From assembly GCA_963824495.1 (NCBI GenBank), contig CAWGPQ010000016.1:1-12792 (forward strand): DNA of 12,792 nt, in the 5' to 3' direction. This DNA comes from an uncultured bacterium. GTDB lineage: Bacteria; Babelota; Babeliae; Babelales; Babelaceae. The notes under the pieces are model-generated. The model saw only the letters and a list, made by a program, of their open reading frames with translations. It made no database searches and was not told the DNA's origin. Numbering within the stretch: the first letter of the stretch is position 1; every line of letters begins with the position of its first letter. Below are positions 7,171-12,792 of the stretch, piece after piece. A program made the translations under genes and the position numbers.

Positions 7171-7638
7171 TCAATCAATTATTGTATCACCGTCTTTTGG
7201 TGACGAAAGCACTATTTGCGTTAATGTCCTTAGTATTCCTAACTTAGTTTTTAAAAATTCTGTTATAAAAGCTTCAAGTTGTTGAGTATTTTTTACGCGT
7301 ACTTTTAATAAGTAGGAATATTCTCCCGTTATATGATGACACTCCATTACTGCAGTGTGCTTTATCGCCTCTTCTAAAAAGTTTTTGCTATATGAGGGTG
7401 TGTTAATTAAAACATAAATAAATGCACAGAGTGATTTTTCAATAGTAGATGCTTGAATAAATGCTGAAATTTTTTTAATGATACCATTTGCATGTAATTT
7501 TCGTATTCTTTCATGTGTAGCAGAGGGAGAAAGTTGTATTTTCTTTGCGATGTCATTATTTGTTAAGGAAGCATCATCCTGAAGAATATTGATTATTATC
7601 TTGTCTATCTCATCGATTGCCGTATTTTCTATTGACAT
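7171..7638 (-). CDS. Lrp/AsnC family transcriptional regulator
   Basis: IDEIDKIIINILQDDASLTNNDIAKKIQLSPSATHERIRKL HTH; ECHHITGEYSYLLKV RAM domain. Confidence 0.95.
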   Translation of the reverse strand: MSIENTAIDEIDKIIINILQDDASLTNNDIAKKIQLSPSATHERIRKLHANGIIKKISAFIQASTIEKSLCAFIYVLINTPSYSKNFLEEAIKHTAVMECHHITGEYSYLLKVRVKNTQQLEAFITEFLKTKLGILRTLTQIVLSSPKDGDTIID

Positions 7639-7687
7639 AATCTGTTTTTTCCGTAATATATACTAATATATTGAAGTTTTACCATAA

Positions 7688-7716
7688 ATACTACGAAAAA
7701 TTAGCTTGAGTGTCAA
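7688..7716 (-). promoter_or_regulatory. Candidate sigma70 promoter for the Lrp/AsnC gene
   Basis: Minus strand TTGACA (7716-7711)-17 nt-TAGTAT (7693-7688), about 50 bp upstream of the ATG at 7638. Confidence 0.55.
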
Positions 7717-7763
7717 TACGTATAAGCTTTTACAGAATGTTAGGTGCTATAAGGAATTAAAAT

Positions 7764-8373
7764 ATGTCTTTGCTATTAGAGGGTATTGCTGTCGGTTTTT
7801 CGATAGCAGCTCCTGCTGGTGCTATAGGGTTTCTTTGTATTCAGCAAACCTTAAAAGGTGGTATTCAACTGGGTATAGCTTCTGGATTAGGCGCTGCTAC
7901 TGCAGATATGATGTATGGAATTTTGGTAGCACTTGGATTAAAAGCTAGCCAGGCCATAGTATTAAGCTATAAGGCCCCATTAACTATTATTGGTGGGTTG
8001 TTTCTTTGCTATCTTGGTATAAGGAAATTTTTCTCGATACCATCTCTGGATAACTCTAAACCAATTAATGGGGGCTTATTAAGTGCTTACGTTGCAACTT
8101 TTTTTAACATTGACTAATCCGGCAACGATATTAGATTTTACAGCTCTTTTTACCGGTTTAAATATTAATGTTTCTGGGTATATAGAATCTTTAAGCTTTG
8201 TTGGAGGGGTATTTATAGGATCTGCTTTATGGTGGCTCCTATTATGTTTTTCAGTTGGAGTATTTAGAAAAAGAGTATCTGCTCAAATATTACGATACAT
8301 TAATTATATTGCTGGTGCGGCAATATTTTGTTTTGGCCTTTATGCCCTCGGTAAAGGTTATAGCAATAGGTAA
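7764..8373 (+). pseudogene. LysE/RhtB family amino-acid exporter, frameshifted at a T7 run (8099-8105)
   Basis: 5' ORF GFSIAAPAGAIGFLCIQQTLKGG...GLGAATADMMYG; 3' frame FLTLTNPATILDF...GVFIGSALWW. The two halves join at ACT TTT TTT AAC into a ~200-aa LysE. AAGGA RBS; divergent from Lrp. Confidence 0.88.
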
Positions 8374-8428
8374 TGCTTTTAGTAAGGGCTTTGCCTCAAC
8401 GTAAGGGTATGGATTTTTAGCTTATGGC

Positions 8429-9088
8429 TTAATTATGTAAGTTTACTATAGAGTCATTAATAAGCCTAATCTCAATTCTTTCTATCGACCTACCTGGACG
8501 CTCTCTTTTTAGTGTAACAAATCCAACTTCAGCCGTTGATTTAACATGAGTTCCACCACAAGGTACTTCGGCAAAACCATCGATCTTCCAAAAGCGCCTT
8601 TGATTTTGAACATCAGAAAATCCAGTTTGGATCAACTTGTTGCTGCTAATTATTTTATTATATTCAGCTAATATTATTTCAAAGCTTGATGAAATATTTT
8701 CAGAAGATATAAAATCTATTCGAGCTTTGGCTTCAGCAATATGTGCACCAACTTTTTTGAGATGAAATTTTTGAGTTACAATTTCAAGAATCAGTTCAGC
8801 CGCAAAATGTAATCGCATAAGCCTGTATCGGCGCGGCCAATCAATTACCATAGTAACAGTATCACCCTGGCGGAGTCCGTGCCCATCTGGAAGGGTATAA
8901 TAGATAAGATGACCTTCTATTTTTGAGGTAATGATGGGAATGTCGTTGATATATGCTTTATCGCTTTCTTGTGCGCCTGAAAAAGAATATGCAATTGTTT
9001 CTTCGAATAAAAGTTGATTGCCGTCAACTGATACGACGTTAGTATTTAAAGTTTGTTGATAGGGGTTATCCCAAAAAACTTTTCTCAA
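8429..9088 (-). CDS. AlaX-type (AlaXp) free-standing alanyl-tRNA editing protein
   Basis: FWDNPY N-terminus, TIAYSFSGAQESD (GGQ-like loop), IDWPRRYRLMRLHFAAE, ARIDF, VPCGGTHVKSTAEVG; TTG start with GAGAGGAG RBS. Confidence 0.9.
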   Translation of the reverse strand: MRKVFWDNPYQQTLNTNVVSVDGNQLLFEETIAYSFSGAQESDKAYINDIPIITSKIEGHLIYYTLPDGHGLRQGDTVTMVIDWPRRYRLMRLHFAAELILEIVTQKFHLKKVGAHIAEAKARIDFISSENISSSFEIILAEYNKIISSNKLIQTGFSDVQNQRRFWKIDGFAEVPCGGTHVKSTAEVGFVTLKRERPGRSIERIEIRLINDSIVNLHN

Positions 9089-9158
9089 AGAACGCTCCTC
9101 TCGCTTGAATCGGAAAATTGCCTATAGAGCAGCTTGGCTCTTAAGTATATGGGGAGTA

Positions 9159-9186
9159 TTGACATGGTATGATGACATAATATAAT
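9159..9186 (+). promoter_or_regulatory. Consensus sigma70 promoter
   Basis: Perfect TTGACA (9159-9164)-16 nt-TATAAT (9181-9186). Confidence 0.75.
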
Positions 9187-9237
9187 TAATATATCCTAAT
9201 TTTTAACTTTGTTTAACGCCGCTAGGAGGCGTAGCTT

Positions 9238-9261
9238 ATGAAAGTTTTCATTAATCGGTAA
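9238..9261 (+). other. 7-codon ORF MKVFINR with strong Shine-Dalgarno (leader peptide or stub of a lost gene)
   Basis: AGGAGG at 9224-9229, 8 nt before ATG 9238; ATG AAA GTT TTC ATT AAT CGG TAA; about 50 nt downstream of the consensus -10 box. Confidence 0.5.
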
Positions 9262-9532
9262 CAACGAGCATCCTGTAATATTACTTGTTGATTTAGTGAT
9301 TTTTTTATCACATATACACGCTTTGTATTACGTGATATTTACCGTTATGGTTAATGGTTATTTTGATAGGATATTTCAATTATTCCTATCTCTTCCTCAA
9401 GTATCAATATAAGTAACCCTAAAGTACGTAATACGGTAATGTGTGCTCGATGCACGATGTATTAACAGGTAAGCTATGCAATGTGCTTGCTATAAGTAGA
9501 ATGACATACATTATTTTCAAGAGAAAGATCAT

Positions 9533-10393
9533 ATGAAATGCGATAAGCATCTCTTGCTATTTGCGATGGTAGTTTTTGCTGTTCATGCAGGCAGAGAACA
9601 ATTACACGCTCAAAAAAATTTTAACACTACAGGAAAACAAATGAATGACCACAAAGAAGTTCAAGATATATCAGCTGAATGGCTAACTTATGTAAAAGAC
9701 GTAACAAACTTAAAAACAGGTATAGTTACCGCTCAGGATAGATATGGTGCACCGATTATCTTAGAATGGGAGAGAGTTGATTCACCATCACCACGGCTCA
9801 ATGAAAAAATTAAAAGCCTTGCCGCAATTCTCGTTCAAACTTATGTAAAGCAGGAAGCACAGTTTGCACGAAAATATCCCGAGGCTGTACCTCATGAGCA
9901 TTTTTTAAAGTCTCTTGAACCACTTTTTGTAGACGGCCTAGAAAAAGTTGATTGGGATCTTGTTGAGAAACAGCTTACAGCTATCTTTCAGCAGGTTTTT
10001 ACAACGACAGATTTTACAAAGTTTTCAGGTGCTCATGATGTTCATATATTTGTCGTGGCCAAAGATAAATCGACAGGAGCAATGCTTGGAGTAATACAGT
10101 TTTTGGTTGCCCCAGAGTATGCTTATGGCACTGTTAAAGCTGCTTATTATGGAGTTATGTCATCAGCACACAATCGCGGGCTGGAGAAATTACTTATGAG
10201 CTCGATTTTTAAACTGATTCCTGCTGCTAAAATAATTTTCCTCCATACACGTGTTACTAACGATAAAGCTCTCAATAACTATTATTACTGGGGTTTTACA
10301 CAACTTCCCGGTACATTGGCCAATTGGGTTAACTTAGAATATAGAGCTGAACAATCGAATATGTTGCAGAAAACAGCAGAGAGCTTTGAGTAA
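9533..10393 (+). CDS. GNAT-like N-acetyltransferase with N-terminal signal peptide and extra N-terminal domain; possible internal start ATG 9641
   Basis: C-terminal GNAT features FVVAKDKSTGAMLGVIQF, YGVMSSAHNRGLEKLLMSSI, IFLHTRVTNDKALNNYYYWGF; N-terminus MKCDKHLLLFAMVVFAVHA. Confidence 0.8.
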   Translation: MKCDKHLLLFAMVVFAVHAGREQLHAQKNFNTTGKQMNDHKEVQDISAEWLTYVKDVTNLKTGIVTAQDRYGAPIILEWERVDSPSPRLNEKIKSLAAILVQTYVKQEAQFARKYPEAVPHEHFLKSLEPLFVDGLEKVDWDLVEKQLTAIFQQVFTTTDFTKFSGAHDVHIFVVAKDKSTGAMLGVIQFLVAPEYAYGTVKAAYYGVMSSAHNRGLEKLLMSSIFKLIPAAKIIFLHTRVTNDKALNNYYYWGFTQLPGTLANWVNLEYRAEQSNMLQKTAESFE

Positions 10394-10428
10394 ATACCTA
10401 AATGCGAAATAGAGAGAGCGTGAGGTGA

Positions 10429-10465
10429 AAAGAGGGCTTCTTTTAATAACAGAGAGGCCCTCTTT
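10429..10465. terminator. Stem-loop downstream of the GNAT gene, likely intrinsic terminator
   Basis: AAAGAGGGCTTCTTT (10429-10443) pairs with AGAGAGGCCCTCTTT (10451-10465) including two G:U pairs, loop TAATAAC; the U-tail is short. Confidence 0.6.
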
Positions 10466-10527
10466 AACGTAACAAATCAAACTTCAGCTGTTCTTCTTGA
10501 GCACAAGTCCTAAGCTATGATTCGTGC

Positions 10528-10556
10528 TTGACCCTTACTATATTTTTTTCTAGCTT
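10528..10556 (+). promoter_or_regulatory. Candidate sigma70 promoter for the oxalate decarboxylase gene
   Basis: TTGACC (10528-10533)-17 nt-TAGCTT (10551-10556), downstream of the terminator hairpin; AAAGGGGG RBS before ATG 10624. Confidence 0.4.
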
Positions 10557-10623
10557 GAGGTAGTTGCCGTTAGAGATACGGGACATAGGCGTTTGTTTAC
10601 TTTTAGTATAAAGGGGGTTTTTA

Positions 10624-11766
10624 ATGAATCAAAAACGTACGCTTCAGCCGATTAGGGGCAATCGAGGCGCAACAATTTTAGGTCCTTCCAACCCAGCACG
10701 CGAAGCAGAGAATCCGGATATACTGGTTCCACCACCAACAGATAACGGTCTGGTGCCAAACTTAAAGTGGTCTTTTGCCGATAGTCATATGAAACTCAAT
10801 GAAGGTGGCTGGGCTCGAGAAGTAACGATCCGAGAATTGCCAAGCTCTCCGACCATCGCAGGAGTTAATATGCGTCTTAAGGCTGGAGCAGTTAGAGAAA
10901 TGCATTGGCACCATGCAGCAGAATGGTCATTTATGCTTAAAGGTCGAGCACGAATTACCGCAGTCGATCAAGATGGCCGTGCCTTCCAGGATGATATAAG
11001 TCAGGGAGACCTGTGGTATTTTCCTGCTGGGATCCCTCATTCAATTCAAGGGCTTGAGGATGATGGCTGCGAGTTTCTGCTTGTTTTTGATGATGGTACT
11101 TTTTCAGAAGATGAATCTTTTATGCTTACTGATTGGCTGGCGCATATTCCTCGAGAGGTTCTTGCTAAAAATTTCAGTGTGGCTGAGAGTGCCTTTGCTC
11201 GTATTCCAGAAAAAGAGCTTTATATTTTTCAATCAAAAGTTCCAGGTCCATTAGCCAAGGATCGGGTTATTGGTAATGGGCCATTGCCGCGATCATTCAC
11301 GTATCGCATGCTAGCGCAGGAGCCAATTAAGCTGAAAAATGGCACTGTTCGTATTACTGACTCTCGCCTGTTTCCCATATCTGAAAGGATTGCAGCTGTT
11401 CTGGTTGAAATTGAGCCAGGTGGTATGCGTGAGTTACATTGGCATCCAAACGCTGACGAATGGCAATTTTATATCTCCGGCCAGGGGCGTATGACGGTAT
11501 TTGCTTCCGAAAGTAGAGCGCGCACGTTTGATTACCAGGCAGGCGATGTTGGTGCTATACCATTTCCTATGGCTCACTATATCGAAAATACCGGCACGAC
11601 AACATTGGTGTTTCTTGAGATGTTTAGGAGCGATCGCTTTGCTGATATTTCGCTTGCCCACTGGTTAGCATTTACACCTCATGAACTCGTCCGGGCTCAT
11701 TTGAATATAGATGAGTCGGTGCTTGCAAAAATTCCACCCTATAAAACACCTATAGTCCCTTGGTAA
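10624..11766 (+). CDS. oxdC: Oxalate decarboxylase family Mn-dependent bicupin
   Basis: Two cupin domains: GAVREMHWHHAAEW...GDLWYFPAGIPHSIQG and GGMRELHWHPNADEWQ...AGDVGAIPFPMAHYIEN; GGWAREVT; lid FSEDESF; 380 aa. Confidence 0.93.
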   Translation: MNQKRTLQPIRGNRGATILGPSNPAREAENPDILVPPPTDNGLVPNLKWSFADSHMKLNEGGWAREVTIRELPSSPTIAGVNMRLKAGAVREMHWHHAAEWSFMLKGRARITAVDQDGRAFQDDISQGDLWYFPAGIPHSIQGLEDDGCEFLLVFDDGTFSEDESFMLTDWLAHIPREVLAKNFSVAESAFARIPEKELYIFQSKVPGPLAKDRVIGNGPLPRSFTYRMLAQEPIKLKNGTVRITDSRLFPISERIAAVLVEIEPGGMRELHWHPNADEWQFYISGQGRMTVFASESRARTFDYQAGDVGAIPFPMAHYIENTGTTTLVFLEMFRSDRFADISLAHWLAFTPHELVRAHLNIDESVLAKIPPYKTPIVPW

Positions 11767-11780
11767 TAGTTTAACAAGGC

Positions 11781-12792
11781 TTATGCTCGTATAAAGAAAT
11801 GGATAAGCAAGAGATTCGCGGCAGTAATTATACAAGCAGCACAGTAGGCGCTTACTTTAACGAGGCGCCCATTGGCAAAATGACCCATAATCTTGAAATT
11901 ATTGGTAAAGTGTAGTAGGGGAAACATGGCAAATGGCAGTTGAAGACTTAATACAACCTGGCTGAAAAGCATGAGGGGTGAAACAAAACTTTCTCCAAAC
12001 ATCAAAACCCCAATAAATGCAGGAATAATGGTAATGATACGACCTAGTAATCTGCGTAACCAGATGGGCAGTGAAAAATTCATAAACCCTTCCATGATGA
12101 TTTGCCCTGCTAAAGTTCCGGTTACGGTTGAATTTTGACCCGAGATCAAGAGGGCAAGAGCAAATACGAAGCTCGCAATATGCGTATGCAATAATGGGGT
12201 AAAAAGATAATAAGCATCTTGAATGTCAGTAATTTGATACAGGCCATGTTGATAAAAAAGGGCTGCTGCAACGATTAAAATTGCCGCATTAACAAAAAAA
12301 GCAAAAGTTAATGCAATGCCAAGATCAAGTGCTGAATAAAAAATAGCATCATCTTTTTTTTCCGCTGCTGCTGGAGCAACAAGCGCAGAATGTAGATAGA
12401 GGTTATGGGGCATGACCGTTGCTCCTAAAATTCCAATTGCGACATATAGCATTTCTGGATTTTTAATAATATCAAAGCTTGGTATGAATCCAGCTGCAAC
12501 ATGTGTCCAGCATGGCTGCACCAAGTGTATAATAATGGCAAAACATCCCATAATCACTGCTATCAGAGCCGTTACTAAAGCTTGTACGCTTCGCGCGTGA
12601 CGTTGAGCAAAAAAGAGTAAGAGTAATACATCGCAGATAGTTAGACCAATGCCCCAGAGTAATGGAATACCAAAAAGCAGTTGTAAGCCGATGGCTGACC
12701 CAATTACTTCCGCCAAGTCCGTTGCTATAACAGCGATTTCTGCAAGAATCCAAAGTCCTGTTGCGATTACAGGGCTATAATAGCAATACATT
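11781..12792 (-). CDS. mntH: Nramp family divalent metal (Mn2+) transporter MntH, 5' end outside the window
   Basis: LWILAEIAVIATDLAEVIGSAIGL, GILGATVMPHNLYLHS, SGQNSTVTGTLAGQIIMEGF, SQVVLSLQLPFA. TM1 with the DPGN motif is not in the window, so the ATG at 12791 is internal. Confidence 0.95.
   Translation of the reverse strand, partial: MYCYYSPVIATGLWILAEIAVIATDLAEVIGSAIGLQLLFGIPLLWGIGLTICDVLLLLFFAQRHARSVQALVTALIAVIMGCFAIIIHLVQPCWTHVAAGFIPSFDIIKNPEMLYVAIGILGATVMPHNLYLHSALVAPAAAEKKDDAIFYSALDLGIALTFAFFVNAAILIVAAALFYQHGLYQITDIQDAYYLFTPLLHTHIASFVFALALLISGQNSTVTGTLAGQIIMEGFMNFSLPIWLRRLLGRIITIIPAFIGVLMFGESFVSPLMLFSQVVLSLQLPFAMFPLLHFTNNFKIMGHFANGRLVKVSAYCAACIITAANLLLIHFFIRA

Noticed and set aside
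7706..7948. 80-aa Cys/Tyr-rich ORF overlapping the LysE start (looks like a cysteine-rich peptide)
   Set aside because: Out-of-frame reading of LysE codons (GCT/GGT-rich) explains the Cys/Trp content; TTG start with no RBS.
8083..8373. 96-aa ORF as an independent gene
   Set aside because: It is the C-terminal half of the frameshifted LysE.
10557..10623. Possible Mn-sensing (yybP-ykoY) riboswitch upstream of oxdC
   Set aside because: The leader is only about 60 nt and I see no four-way junction or conserved loop motifs; an Rfam cmscan would settle it.
11054..12753. ORFs 11054..11254, 11434..11661, 12412..12600 and 12472..12753
   Set aside because: Shadow frames within oxdC and mntH.
1..12792. 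CRISPR array, IS/transposase, integrase or integron attC array explaining the cassette-like gene mix
   Set aside because: No regularly spaced repeats, no recombinase ORF, genes in mixed orientation and no recurring attC-like palindromes between genes.

Overview
AT-rich bacterial accessory region made of small stand-alone stress, detoxification and secreted-enzyme genes. The gene style (signal-peptide-bearing GNATs, a clostripain, a TPR protein) suggests an intracellular protist parasite such as Ca. Dependentiae/TM6; this is inference only. From left to right: a minus-strand four-gene run (secreted GNAT > clostripain/C11 peptidase > class I SAM methyltransferase > secreted TPR protein, which the ORF track misses and which runs off the left edge); a decayed RelE/Gp49-like toxin remnant coupled to an intact XRE antitoxin; Dps; a FlaR-like P-loop kinase; an APH(6)-like kinase; a collapsed alpha/beta-hydrolase remnant; Lrp/AsnC divergent from a frameshifted LysE exporter; an AlaX tRNA-editing protein; a consensus promoter with a strong RBS feeding a 7-codon ORF; a second GNAT; an oxalate decarboxylase-family bicupin; and the 3' part of mntH. 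The most interesting signals are (i) Dps and a GNAT with signal-peptide extensions followed by an internal RBS+ATG, which could give dual secreted/cytoplasmic isoforms, (ii) an orphan antitoxin whose candidate operator covers back-to-back -35 boxes for itself and the secreted-enzyme operon, and (iii) the long structured leader at about 9190-9530. No CRISPR, rRNA, intact tRNA or transposase was seen.
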